A DNA stretch of 32,000 nucleotides from Methanococcus maripaludis (GTDB taxonomy: Archaea > AGJL01 > Methanococci > Methanococcales > Methanococcaceae), in assembly GCF_002945325.1 (NCBI RefSeq), contig NZ_CP026606.1:270001-302000 (forward strand), in the 5' to 3' direction. Made by a program: the position numbers and the translations under genes. Below the pieces are notes generated by a model. It was not told where the DNA came from. It ran no database searches and was given only the letters and a program-made list of their open reading frames with translations. This document shows positions 21,506 through 31,387 of this stretch, piece by piece; position 1 is the first letter of the stretch, and the number at the start of each line of letters is the position of its first letter.

Positions 21506-21541
21506 TATTATAAAATAAATTAAGGATTTAGAGGGTAAATT

Positions 21542-22237
21542 ATGATAAAAGATGAAAGATGGGAAGGAGTTTATTCCTTTGAAGATTCACCTTATTTGAT
21601 GGAAACACTGACCAATTTAAGAAATGTAAGCACTGAAAATATTTCTTTTAGAAAAGGGCTTGTTAGACTTGGAAGATACATGGGTTACGAACTCACAAAA
21701 ACCATGGAATTTGAAGAAATGCATGTTCAAACACCTTTAGAAAAAACCAAAGGAATTTTTCCAAAAGATAGGTCAAATGTAGTCATTATAACCATTTTAA
21801 GAGCTGCATTTCCATTAATGGAAGGATTAATAAAAAATTTTGAATCTGCAAAAGTAGGAATCGTTTCTGCATCAAGAGGACATGCGCCTGATTTTAAAAT
21901 AGAAATGAACTACATAAAAGTTCCACAAGTTACGCCCGAAGATACGGTTATTGTATCTGACCCAATGATTGCAACAGGATCTACACTAATTCATGTTTTA
22001 AAAGAGTTTAAAGATTCTAAACCTAAAAGACTGATGATAGTTGGAGTTCTTGCAGCGCCAGAAGGAATAAATGCAGTAAAAGCAGAATTTCCAGATGTCG
22101 AAATATTCGTAACGAAAATCGATGATAAATTAAATAACGACGGCTACATCGTACCGGGACTCGGGGATGCTGGAGATCGAGCTTTTGGGGAACCTTTCAA
22201 AGTTTCAATGCTTCCACAAATGCACAATTTAGAATAA
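21542..22237 (+). CDS. upp: Uracil phosphoribosyltransferase
   Basis: [19 protein letters not shown]...[20 protein letters not shown]...[15 protein letters not shown]. Confidence 0.95.
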   Translation: MIKDERWEGVYSFEDSPYLMETLTNLRNVSTENISFRKGLVRLGRYMGYELTKTMEFEEMHVQTPLEKTKGIFPKDRSNVVIITILRAAFPLMEGLIKNFESAKVGIVSASRGHAPDFKIEMNYIKVPQVTPEDTVIVSDPMIATGSTLIHVLKEFKDSKPKRLMIVGVLAAPEGINAVKAEFPDVEIFVTKIDDKLNNDGYIVPGLGDAGDRAFGEPFKVSMLPQMHNLE

Positions 22238-22327
22238 GCATTTATATGTTTCTATTTCTTTTTTTAAGTAATTTATATATAGAATTTATTAATAATGTAT
22301 TAAAATAGACTTTTTGGAGGTATATTT

Positions 22328-23905
22328 ATGGATTTTGGCATACTATCTTTATTGCCACCTGTTGTAGCAATTGGATTGGCCTTGATTACTAAAAGAGTTT
22401 ACATGTCTCTTTTCTTGGGTATCTTGGCAGGATCACTCCTTTACAACAACTGGAATATTGTTGCATCTGCATCACATATTGTAAATACAATTATTGGAAG
22501 TGTTGAATTAACTTCGATTACAGGAATTTCATCATTCACGGGCGTTGGAAATCTCTGGAATTTGTTAATATTATTGTTTTTAGTAATGCTTGGTATATTG
22601 ATTGCATTAATCACGAGAGCAGGCGGAGCTCTTGCATACGGAAACTGGGCATCTACAAAAATTAAATCAAAAGAAGGTGCAAGCCTTTCCACATCGTTAC
22701 TTGGTATTTTGTTATTTATTGATGATTATTTTAACTGTTTAACTGTTGGAACAGTAATGAAACCAATTACTGACAAATTCAAAATCTCAAGAGCCAAACT
22801 TGCATATATCATCGATTCAACAGCAGCACCAGTATGTATTTTAATGCCTGTTTCAAGCTGGTTTGCAGCTGTTGTTGGAAATTTAGGTGAATCAGGTGTT
22901 GGAACAGGAGCTCTTTCAAGCATGAGTCCATCAGGCGTGTTCTTTTCAGCGATACTATACAATACATATGCACTTGTTGCGCTGTTCATGGTTGCATTTA
23001 TCATATCCTTTAAAAAAATGGATTTTGGTCCAATGAAAGTTCACGAAAAAGTTGCTACGGAAACTGGCGATTTATTCAATGGCGATGCAGAAACTGCAGC
23101 AATCGAATCAGAAATTGAACCATTAAGCGGCGGAAAAATTTCCTACCTTGTTCTACCATTAGTAGTTCTCATTTTAGCAATTATCTTTGCATTTATGATT
23201 TCAGGAGGCCTTTTTGCAGGCGCCGGAGTTATTGAATCATTCTTAAGCATGGATGCATCATGGGGTCTTTTCTGGGGAGGTTTAATATCGTTATTGTTTA
23301 CAGTGATCTACTTTACAGCTTCAAAAGCAGTTCCTGTAAACGATATTGCAGGCCTTTTTGCAAAAGGTTCAAAATTAATGCTCCCTGCAATTACAATCCT
23401 TATACTTGCATGGTCCTTAGGTTCAGTAATTGGGGACCTTGGAACTGGAACATACCTTTCATCATTAATCCAAAACAGCTTGCCGGTTCAAATTTTACCT
23501 GCAATACTTTTCCTGTTATCCGGATTCATGGCATTTTCAACAGGTACTTCATGGGGTACTTTTGGAATCATGCTCCCGATTGCAGTTCCTATGGCAGTTG
23601 GACTTGGAATGCCTGAATTCGTTGTTCCATTCGTTGCTGCAGTTTTAGGTGGTGCAATATATGGTGATCACTCATCCCCAATATCTGATACAACCATTAT
23701 GAGTTCAACAGGGGCAGGTACGAAACACATCGACCACGTCCAAACACAACTCCCATACACGACCTTGATAGGAATCATGGCGTTTTTAGGTTACTTGATT
23801 GTAGGATACACCATAAATTTAGGTTACTGGGTAAGTGGACTTATTAACCTTGCATTCGTAGCTTTTGCAGTATATATTGGTGCAAGCTTCCTTTCAAAAA
23901 AGTAA
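22328..23905 (+). CDS. NhaC-family Na+/H+ antiporter
   Basis: LLFIDDYFNCLTVGTVMKPITDKFKISRAKLAYIIDSTAAPVCILMPVSSW and GDHSSPISDTTIMSSTGAGTKHIDHVQTQLPYT. Confidence 0.9.
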   Translation: MDFGILSLLPPVVAIGLALITKRVYMSLFLGILAGSLLYNNWNIVASASHIVNTIIGSVELTSITGISSFTGVGNLWNLLILLFLVMLGILIALITRAGGALAYGNWASTKIKSKEGASLSTSLLGILLFIDDYFNCLTVGTVMKPITDKFKISRAKLAYIIDSTAAPVCILMPVSSWFAAVVGNLGESGVGTGALSSMSPSGVFFSAILYNTYALVALFMVAFIISFKKMDFGPMKVHEKVATETGDLFNGDAETAAIESEIEPLSGGKISYLVLPLVVLILAIIFAFMISGGLFAGAGVIESFLSMDASWGLFWGGLISLLFTVIYFTASKAVPVNDIAGLFAKGSKLMLPAITILILAWSLGSVIGDLGTGTYLSSLIQNSLPVQILPAILFLLSGFMAFSTGTSWGTFGIMLPIAVPMAVGLGMPEFVVPFVAAVLGGAIYGDHSSPISDTTIMSSTGAGTKHIDHVQTQLPYTTLIGIMAFLGYLIVGYTINLGYWVSGLINLAFVAFAVYIGASFLSKK

Positions 23906-23935
23906 AATATAATAATAACTTTTTTTAATTTTTTT

Positions 23936-23975
23936 AAAATAAAATAAAATAAAATAAAATAAAATAAAATAAAAT
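23936..23975. repeat. (AAAAT)8 pentanucleotide microsatellite
   Basis: Eight perfect tandem AAAAT units between the convergent ends of nhaC and the HTH gene. Confidence 0.97.
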
Positions 23976-24026
23976 AATTTTAAAAATAGAATTCTTTAAA
24001 AAATTTAAAAAATAGTAATTTTATAA

Positions 24027-25007
24027 TTATTTCGTTGTTTTTTTCCTTTTTTCTATAAAGTCGAGTAAATCTACGGTATCTCCAATTTTTTCAAGTTCGG
24101 ATATACTCATACTTGTAATTCTCTTATCTTCATTGGTTTTTTTCTCAAGAACGAGCAAAGAATGACTGTTTAATATTTTAGAAATTTCATCAACAATCAT
24201 TGCCTTTCTTCTTATCTCTTCATTCTCAGTTTCTTGAATATTTGTAAATATAATATTTTGATTTTCTGCATCTTCCCCTTTTGATTCTTCTGCTACGGCA
24301 TCAAAAGGAGCTTTTGTAGTTTCAAGTAAATTAAAGCCCATATCGCCTAAAATATCAATAACGCGTATCTTAAAATCTTCTCCTTCTTTCAATATCTTTT
24401 CAAAAGCATCATCACGACTTTTCTGGGATTTTAATCCATCTATACAGTCCATTATGTTAATTCCTTTAATTAATGGAACATCTAGATATTCTTCTATTTT
24501 TATTGCAACTTCAGCAGAAGGATTTGCTTCGTTCTGTTCGTATTTATAGATTGTTTTTCTTGAAACTCGAGATACTTCTGCAAGTTCTCCAACAGAAATC
24601 TTTAATTTTTCACGAGTTTCCCTTAAAACCTTTCCATCAATATTTACAAAAAATCCGCCCCTGTTTGCATAAACTACTGGAGGCTCGCCCACCAATTGCT
24701 CCCGAAACGTATTAAAAGTAACTGCTTTTATACCGTATCGCTCATATACGGCCCCTTCTTCCATTACTGAATTTCTCGTACGAGTTCCAATAATTACAGG
24801 TACTGCTTGAAGCATTTTTGAAATATTTAACAGTTCTTCAGACTGTTCAGTGCTCAAACTATCTATGTTTTTCAAAATCTTTATTAATAATCTTAAATTC
24901 CCTTTTTTAGCGATTAAATCAAAACAAGACCTTCCAAAAGGTTTTGATATCACAAAATGGGATTCATAAAGCAGATCGATGCATTCTGAAAGTAAAACTT
25001 CTCTCAT
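24027..25007 (-). CDS. Putative HTH-type transcriptional regulator (archaeal, XRE-like HTH in the middle)
   Basis: VLRETREKLKISVGELAEVSRVSRKTIYKYEQNEANPSAEVAIKIEEYL; likely start ATG 25007 (MREVLLSECIDLLYES); the tracked extension to 25166 crosses the divergent promoter. Confidence 0.85.
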   Translation of the reverse strand: MREVLLSECIDLLYESHFVISKPFGRSCFDLIAKKGNLRLLIKILKNIDSLSTEQSEELLNISKMLQAVPVIIGTRTRNSVMEEGAVYERYGIKAVTFNTFREQLVGEPPVVYANRGGFFVNIDGKVLRETREKLKISVGELAEVSRVSRKTIYKYEQNEANPSAEVAIKIEEYLDVPLIKGINIMDCIDGLKSQKSRDDAFEKILKEGEDFKIRVIDILGDMGFNLLETTKAPFDAVAEESKGEDAENQNIIFTNIQETENEEIRRKAMIVDEISKILNSHSLLVLEKKTNEDKRITSMSISELEKIGDTVDLLDFIEKRKKTTK

Positions 25008-25019
25008 AACAATTACCAG

Positions 25020-25036
25020 TGTGGTTTTAAACCACA
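25020..25036. promoter_or_regulatory. Perfect palindrome TGTGGTTT-T-AAACCACA, candidate operator
   Basis: 17 bp, 8-bp arms around a single T, ending 13 nt before the HTH regulator start. Confidence 0.55.
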
Positions 25037-25129
25037 TATTTTTAATTCTAAATCTAATCCACAAAGTATTTATGTCTTGCGGAAAATCTATATAATAGTA
25101 TATAAATATTGGCCAATGGCGGTGATAAT

Positions 25130-25606
25130 GTGAAAAAAATAGCAGAAGATAAGGGAATTTCTTCACAATTAAGACATTTTAAAGCAGCAGTATCAGAATA
25201 TGGCTCTAAAAGTATCCTTTACAGCGGTTCAAAAGGAGTATGTCTTCCTTTTGCATTATTAAATGCTTATGCTGTAAGAACTATTGAAGAACAATATTTT
25301 ACCCCTGATGCAAAATTAGATGAAATTTCAAAACTTAATTTGGGAAGTTTGGGCTACAATTACAGTAACTTGGATAATAATACCGAAATTAATCCAGAAA
25401 TGCTGGTATTAATGGGAGGGCTTGCAATGCCTCATTCCAAAGTTACCACCTCAGATGTAAACGCACTAATTGATAAAATAAGCCCTAAAAAAGTAGTAGG
25501 GATCTGTTTCTCGAGCGTTTTTCAAAAACAAGGCTGGGATAAGGATATTGATTTTGACTTGATAATAGACAGCCAGTTAGAGCCCGTCACAGTTTATGAA
25601 AAATAA
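25130..25606 (+). CDS. DUF2124-like conserved methanogen protein
   Basis: GTG start with GGTGATAA SD; VLMGGLAMPHSKVTTSDVNALIDKISPKKVVGICFSSVFQKQGWDKDIDFDLIIDS. Confidence 0.7.
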   Translation: MKKIAEDKGISSQLRHFKAAVSEYGSKSILYSGSKGVCLPFALLNAYAVRTIEEQYFTPDAKLDEISKLNLGSLGYNYSNLDNNTEINPEMLVLMGGLAMPHSKVTTSDVNALIDKISPKKVVGICFSSVFQKQGWDKDIDFDLIIDSQLEPVTVYEK

Positions 25607-25701
25607 AATATAATATTTAGTTTTTTAATCGCAACTAAATTATAAAATGAATTTTAAATTAGTTCATAAGTAAATTCTTAAATTTAAAACGGTGTAATCT
25701 A

Positions 25702-27099
25702 ATGGTAAATCCCCAGATGTCATTTCTTAATAACCAAAATTCAATGAAATTTAAGTTTAGAAAGCTTCTAATCGACTCCAATAGGATTATAATATATAGA
25801 AATCTTCTTGACGATAAAATAATAGGCTATTTAATAAATATAATACGAGAACTCTCAGAAGATAAACCGGATGAATCAATAGTGGAAAAAAATTACTATG
25901 GATTAACCCATGATTTGATTATAAAAGCTGAAAATGAAAATCTCAGCGGAAATATTTTAAAATCATACATCATGAACGCCATTTTAAAAGATGAAAATAT
26001 ATTCGCGATATCTTGTGAAAAGCATTATGGTAACTTGGAAAGCCTTTATGAACTTGCATTTAAAGATATAGGCGTTTTAAAACGAATTATGGATATAGAC
26101 ACCAAGCATTTACGGAACATTATGGATTCAGAAGATGAAACCATTGAAAATTACACACCCACACTTTACAAGGATGAAAAAACCGTATTTTCAGATTATA
26201 GGGAAGAACTTTTAAATATTGATTCTGTTCCTGAACTTTTAGATTCTATTATCGAATATTATTATAAAATCGGTTCCGGTGAACTGGTAGACCACGTAGC
26301 ATTTAGGTGGAATAATAAAACCGGATTTTCAGGAATTAAATACTGTGATTTAGTGGATATGGAAAACATTGTTGGATACAATTACCAAAAAGAAATTATT
26401 TTGAAAAATACCTCTGCTTTTATCGAAGGAAATCCTGCAAATAATATTTTACTTGTCGGATCTAGGGGAACTGGAAAATCATCCCTTGTAAAATCCCTTG
26501 TAAAAGAATACTGTCTTGATGGTTTAAGAATTATCGAACTTAAAAAAAGCCAATTAAAAGATTTTGGACAGATGGTAGACCATTTACGGAATAGAAATAA
26601 AAAATTTATAGTATTTCTCGATGATTTATCCTTTGAAGATAATGAAACTGAATATAAAGAATTAAAATCAGTTCTTGAAGGAACCTTAGAAAAAAAACCG
26701 GAAAATGTAATAATTTATGCAACTTCAAACAGGAGAAACCTCATAAAAGAATCCTGGTCAGAAAGAGATTCAGATATTCATTCAAACGATTCAATAAATG
26801 AAAAAATGTCACTTTCAGACAGATTTGGAATAACTTTAAGTTTCTATTCACCAACGCAAGAAGAATACTTAAATATGGTTAAAAAACTTGCTATTGAAAA
26901 CGGGATTAATCCGTGTAAGGCCGATGACGTGAAATTTTATTCGATGAATATTGGAAAATTGTCCGATCAAACAGGAATGATTATGGCATGGGAAACACTT
27001 CGTGAAGATGCTGTAAAATGGGGCATGTCGCAAAACGGCTTTTCGGGACGAACTGCAAAACAATTTATAGATTATATCATTGGAACTTACAAAAATTAA
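25702..27099 (+). CDS. AAA ATPase, DUF815-like
   Basis: NNILLVGSRGTGKSSLVKSLV (Walker A), KFIVFLDDLSFEDN (Walker B), ENVIIYATSNRRNLI. Confidence 0.8.
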   Translation: MVNPQMSFLNNQNSMKFKFRKLLIDSNRIIIYRNLLDDKIIGYLINIIRELSEDKPDESIVEKNYYGLTHDLIIKAENENLSGNILKSYIMNAILKDENIFAISCEKHYGNLESLYELAFKDIGVLKRIMDIDTKHLRNIMDSEDETIENYTPTLYKDEKTVFSDYREELLNIDSVPELLDSIIEYYYKIGSGELVDHVAFRWNNKTGFSGIKYCDLVDMENIVGYNYQKEIILKNTSAFIEGNPANNILLVGSRGTGKSSLVKSLVKEYCLDGLRIIELKKSQLKDFGQMVDHLRNRNKKFIVFLDDLSFEDNETEYKELKSVLEGTLEKKPENVIIYATSNRRNLIKESWSERDSDIHSNDSINEKMSLSDRFGITLSFYSPTQEEYLNMVKKLAIENGINPCKADDVKFYSMNIGKLSDQTGMIMAWETLREDAVKWGMSQNGFSGRTAKQFIDYIIGTYKN

Positions 27100-27173
27100 C
27101 TCTTTTAATTTTTTTAAATTATGCTATTAACGTGGACTTTTTACATTAAATTTATATATGTAAAGCATACTTA

Positions 27174-27203
27174 ACATTATGTATAATTATAATTACATAA
27201 TGT
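27174..27203. promoter_or_regulatory. Inverted repeat ACATTATGTA-N10-TACATAATGT, candidate operator
   Basis: Perfect 10-bp arms between TATA-like TTTATATATG (27151-27160) and the 27230 start codon. Confidence 0.5.
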
Positions 27204-27229
27204 AAACTATTATAAACAAAGGTGTTTAA

Positions 27230-27616
27230 ATGGATTTAAAAACGTATAAAAAATATCTTAGGATATTAATCATAACTGTTGCAATTTTGGTAAGTTTGGC
27301 AGTAACTACTGGAAATGGATATCTTGCGGTTTTAATAGTTGTAATCGGAATTTTTACCAAAATGAACCTTAGAAAAAAACTCGATGAAGTAATAGAAGAT
27401 GAACTTCTGCATAAAGTCGCTGAAAAAGCATCATATTTGACAATACAAGTTGTATGCTTAATTTTTGCACTTTTAAGCGTATTTTTAACGGGTTTTAAGA
27501 GTTATGTGCCAGAATATGCGTTAATTGGAACCTTGTTAGCGTATTCAGCACTATGTATTTTATTTGTAAACATGCTCTTCAGATACATATTTAGTAAAAA
27601 ATACGGCATAATTTAA
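27230..27616 (+). CDS. Small integral membrane protein (DUF2178-like), about four TM helices
   Basis: Hydrophobicity pattern; GGTG SD; followed directly by an XRE regulator, a common pairing. Confidence 0.6.
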   Translation: MDLKTYKKYLRILIITVAILVSLAVTTGNGYLAVLIVVIGIFTKMNLRKKLDEVIEDELLHKVAEKASYLTIQVVCLIFALLSVFLTGFKSYVPEYALIGTLLAYSALCILFVNMLFRYIFSKKYGII

Positions 27617-27626
27617 GGTAATATTC

Positions 27627-27830
27627 ATGAAAAACAAAATTAAGGTATTTAGGGCAATGCACAATTTAACCCAAGAAAATCTTGCAAAAAAGTTAAATGT
27701 GACACGTCAAACAATTATTGCAATTGAAAAAGAAAAATACGACCCTTCCCTTGAATTAGCCTTTAAAATTGCAGAATTATTTGAAGCAAAAATTGAAGAT
27801 GTATTTATTTACGAATCATGTTCAAAATAA
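27627..27830 (+). CDS. Small XRE-family HTH transcriptional regulator
   Basis: IKVFRAMHNLTQENLAKKLNVTRQTIIAIEKEKYDPSLELAFKIAELFEAKIEDVF. Confidence 0.93.
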   Translation: MKNKIKVFRAMHNLTQENLAKKLNVTRQTIIAIEKEKYDPSLELAFKIAELFEAKIEDVFIYESCSK

Positions 27831-27844
27831 AAAATTTTAAATAT

Positions 27845-28765
27845 TTATTCCTTTTTTGATTTTAAATTTTCAAGGAACTTTATCTGTTCAGTAATAAATT
27901 TATTATACGGCGTTTTTATTCCAAATTCTTTTGCAATAGTCACAACTGCACCATTTAAAAAATCTATTTCTGTTATATTTCCTTTTGAAATATCCTGAAG
28001 CATTGAAGAATGGTGTGCAGCAGTATTTGGAAGCTGGAACTCTTTTAAATATTTTAAATATTCTTCTGACGTTTTCCAAGGCAGAATTACTCCTTTTTTG
28101 GAAGTTATCTCAAATATTTCAGATACAATATTTTTAATAATATTCCATGAGTGTTCATTTGAAAGTTCACCATATGGGACATTCATAACTGCTCCAAGCG
28201 GATTTAATGCACAGTTATAAATCGTTTTTGACCATATTGCCCCCTGAATATTTTCTGTTTCATTAACAGGTATTCCAGAACTTTTTATTAATTTTACAAA
28301 ATCAGTTACTTCTTTATCCGTTCCATTTGGGAATCTTCCAACGGTCATCGGGCCCCCTTCTACTGAAACGTGTACTTTTGCGTCCCCCTTCCATTCAAAA
28401 CCAGTTATAATAGTTCCGCCAATCACTTTATCTGTATATCTTAAAATTATTTCTTCGTTTCCAACACCATTTTGCATGCTGATAACATTTTTACCGTTTA
28501 TAACATCCTTAAATTGTTCGCATATTGATTTTGTTGCAAGTCCTTTTGAAGATATAATAATATAATCAAAATCGCGTTCTGGAACATTTTCAGAAGCTTC
28601 AAAGTTAAAAGTTCCTTCCCCCCAGATTCCAGTCATTTTAAAACCAGATTCGCGTATAATTTTTGCATTTCTCTCCCTTGTTACTGCAAAAACATCTGCT
28701 ACATTTGATAATTTAGCAGCTAGACATAATCCAACAGCACCTGCCCCAATAATTAAAACATTCAT
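27845..28765 (-). CDS. panE: 2-dehydropantoate 2-reductase (ketopantoate reductase)
   Basis: MNVLIIGAGAVGLCLAAKLS; QNGVGNEE; AIWSKTIYNCALNPLGAVMNVPYGEL. Confidence 0.88.
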   Translation of the reverse strand: MNVLIIGAGAVGLCLAAKLSNVADVFAVTRERNAKIIRESGFKMTGIWGEGTFNFEASENVPERDFDYIIISSKGLATKSICEQFKDVINGKNVISMQNGVGNEEIILRYTDKVIGGTIITGFEWKGDAKVHVSVEGGPMTVGRFPNGTDKEVTDFVKLIKSSGIPVNETENIQGAIWSKTIYNCALNPLGAVMNVPYGELSNEHSWNIIKNIVSEIFEITSKKGVILPWKTSEEYLKYLKEFQLPNTAAHHSSMLQDISKGNITEIDFLNGAVVTIAKEFGIKTPYNKFITEQIKFLENLKSKKE

Positions 28766-28867
28766 TTAAAAACCCTCGTTTTCAAGTTAAACTAAATTTA
28801 ATTTAAATATCTGTAAAAATAGTATTAAAAGATTTAGATAACTAGTTAAAAATAAAAAATATTATTC

Positions 28868-29062
28868 TTATTTTAAAATTTCCTGAACTCTTCCAACCTG
28901 CCCATCTTCAAGCCTTACCTTTATTCCGTGTGGGTGATAGCTTGAATTTGTAAGAAGGTCTTTTACAATTCCAGTAGTTAATTTACCAGTTTTTTGGTCT
29001 TTTTTGAGGACTATGTTTACCTTCAATCCAGCTGTTATGTCGGACCTGTTTTTTCCATTCAT
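28868..29062 (-). CDS. YwbE-family protein
   Basis: RSDITAGLKVNIVLKKDQKTGKLTTGIVKDLLTNSSYHPHGIKVRLEDGQVGRVQEI. Confidence 0.85.
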   Translation of the reverse strand: MNGKNRSDITAGLKVNIVLKKDQKTGKLTTGIVKDLLTNSSYHPHGIKVRLEDGQVGRVQEILK

Positions 29063-29071
29063 ATTATCACA

Positions 29072-29962
29072 TTATAAATTTATTTTTAATTTGCCACCAT
29101 TTTCAGAGATATAAACTCCAAATAACACCAAAACCGCCCCAATTATTGCATAAATATTTGGAATATTTTTTAAAATTATGGCATCTGTAATCATTGCAAC
29201 GATTGGGATAATATAAACCCCATTTGTTGTCGTACTTGCACCTGCAAGTCTTATTGCCATATTCCAGAATAAATAAGCTATTGCTGAACAAAAAATTGCA
29301 AGGTAAAGTAGTGAAAATGCAATGTATGGATTTAACAATATTGTAAACTCAAACATGCCGTTATATCCAAGTTCTATAATTGTAAATGGTATAAAGAATA
29401 CTGCACCAATTAACGTTATATCCCTTGTAACTTTTAAATCATCGTGTTTTTGAAGTTTTTGGATTACAAATGTGTAGAGTACCCAGGTACAAACTGCACC
29501 AAACATCAATATATCCCCGAGCGGATTTAACTCGAGTACAAATTTTCCATTTAATATCAAAATGAAGACTCCAAAAAGCCCAATTAAACTTCCGAAGTAC
29601 TTTATTTTGCTTGGAATTTTCTTTTCCACCATATCTGATACCATCAGATAAAATATAGGTACCGTTGCTGCAATTAATGATGCATTAGTTGCAGTAGTAT
29701 ACTTTAAAGCCACATTTTCGAATAAATAATATGAAGTAATCCCTAAAAAACCCGCTAACACAATGTATACAAAATCTTCTTTTGAATATTTCGTAAAATT
29801 TCTTATAAAGAAAATTAAAATTACGGCTGCAATTACAACGCGTATAAATCCTATTGTAATTGGTGGAATAAACTCTAAAATAATTTTTGTTGATACAAAT
29901 GAAATTCCCCAGAAAATTACGGTTAAAAACATTAACAAAATGCCCAAGGATCTGTCGTTCAT
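29072..29962 (-). CDS. EamA/DMT superfamily transporter
   Basis: Ten-TM pattern, MFLTVIFWGISFVSTKIILEFIPPITIGFIRV, second EamA half with IPIVAMITDAIILKN. MNDRSLG start at 29962. Confidence 0.87.
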   Translation of the reverse strand: MNDRSLGILLMFLTVIFWGISFVSTKIILEFIPPITIGFIRVVIAAVILIFFIRNFTKYSKEDFVYIVLAGFLGITSYYLFENVALKYTTATNASLIAATVPIFYLMVSDMVEKKIPSKIKYFGSLIGLFGVFILILNGKFVLELNPLGDILMFGAVCTWVLYTFVIQKLQKHDDLKVTRDITLIGAVFFIPFTIIELGYNGMFEFTILLNPYIAFSLLYLAIFCSAIAYLFWNMAIRLAGASTTTNGVYIIPIVAMITDAIILKNIPNIYAIIGAVLVLFGVYISENGGKLKINL

Positions 29963-30047
29963 AATTCCACCAGACAATAATGGATAAATAAGGGTAAACT
30001 TTAAAAAACAGAAGATTACTTAAAAATTAAAAAATTAAAAAGAGGAA

Positions 30048-30737
30048 TTATTCTTGTGTTTCAGCAGCAGCAGCAGCAGCAGCTTCTACTACTTCCTCAG
30101 CAGCAGCTTCTTCCACAGGTGCTTCAGCAGCTTTTCCAAATTCTATAACTTCGGATTTGAAGATTTCTACTCTTTTTAATGGGAACATTTTTTTACAGTC
30201 GCCGTAGATTTTTGAACCTAATCCGCCCATTAACATAGCGTGTACGAATTCAGCAAATGGAGTTTCTTTTGCCATGTCTTTGATTATTTGTTCCATTCTA
30301 ACTCTAATTTCTGTTTTGTGGTGGTCTCTTGCTCTTACAGCTGTTAAAACTAATGCTTTAACTCTTACTTTGAAACCATCTTTTGTTCTTACTTCAACGA
30401 TTGCGTTGATTTTGCTTCTTCTTCTTCTTCTAACTTGTGATTTTAAGTATTCTCTTGTTGTGTCGTGACCTACAAACTGTGATGTAGCGTTGTTTCCACT
30501 TACGCCATCAACTTTGAAATACATTCTTGTCATGTGTTTTGAATGTTCGTTTGTCAAGTCTCTTAAGCTGATTTCTGAAATCCTGCCGATCAAGTTTGCA
30601 GGGTCGTTTGCTGGAGTTTGTCCAATTACGTCTCCACCGAATGATTGTGGTGTGTAAATATCATACCATACTTTGGATTTCCATGTATCTTTGGCCACTC
30701 TTTTTCCTTTAGCGGACCTAGCTTTCATTCTTGCCAT
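30048..30737 (-). CDS. rps3ae: 30S ribosomal protein S3Ae (eS1)
   Basis: WYDIYTPQSFGGDVIGQTPANDPANLIGRISEISLRDLTNEHSKHMTRMYFKV; Ala/Glu-rich tail. Confidence 0.95.
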   Translation of the reverse strand: MARMKARSAKGKRVAKDTWKSKVWYDIYTPQSFGGDVIGQTPANDPANLIGRISEISLRDLTNEHSKHMTRMYFKVDGVSGNNATSQFVGHDTTREYLKSQVRRRRRSKINAIVEVRTKDGFKVRVKALVLTAVRARDHHKTEIRVRMEQIIKDMAKETPFAEFVHAMLMGGLGSKIYGDCKKMFPLKRVEIFKSEVIEFGKAAEAPVEEAAAEEVVEAAAAAAAETQE

Positions 30738-30749
30738 TGTTACACCTCA

Positions 30750-31358
30750 TTATAACATATATTCGGTTAAATCTGTGTAATCTCTAAGTGGTTTTACAGG
30801 TTCACCGTATATTCTTTTGATTTTACGGGCTAATTCCCTTGAAAAATTTCCTTTTTCTGTTTTTATCTGTTTTATTCTGAAGAAATCTCGTCCTGCACGA
30901 TATATCTTCTTTTCTTCGAATACATAATCTTGTGGAACAAGTATATTGAATGAATATGTACTTTCTCTCGAATTTATAGATATGCCAACTTTTTTAGGAA
31001 CATCTATTGATCTTGCCCATATCATCTTTAAATCTTGTGCAGCGGATGAAGAAACTCTTCTTGAATCTTCAGTTTCTAAAGCAGTAATTTCAACAGATTC
31101 GTCAAACGCCAAGATTACATCTTCAACTTTCAAAATCTCATCTGTCGCAATTTGAAGTACAGATTGTTCTGATTCGTCGTATCTGCTTATCACTATTTTA
31201 ATATCTTTTAATTTGAAATTTTTTTCTATATCGTGTACAGTTCCACATTCCTGACACTTTACAGTAATTTTCAAATGTTTTTTCGATTCTTTTTCTTTTA
31301 ATACAGTGTGGAGAGTTACTTCATCGCAACCCGGGCATTCGAGATACAAATCTTCCAT
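30750..31358 (-). CDS. HVO_0476-like zinc finger protein
   Basis: LECPGCDEVTLHTVL...VKCQECGTVHD two CxxC pairs; located between rpsB and rps3ae. Confidence 0.65.
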   Translation of the reverse strand: MEDLYLECPGCDEVTLHTVLKEKESKKHLKITVKCQECGTVHDIEKNFKLKDIKIVISRYDESEQSVLQIATDEILKVEDVILAFDESVEITALETEDSRRVSSSAAQDLKMIWARSIDVPKKVGISINSRESTYSFNILVPQDYVFEEKKIYRAGRDFFRIKQIKTEKGNFSRELARKIKRIYGEPVKPLRDYTDLTEYML

Positions 31359-31387
31359 TTAAACCACATAAATCTTTTTAAGAAGAA

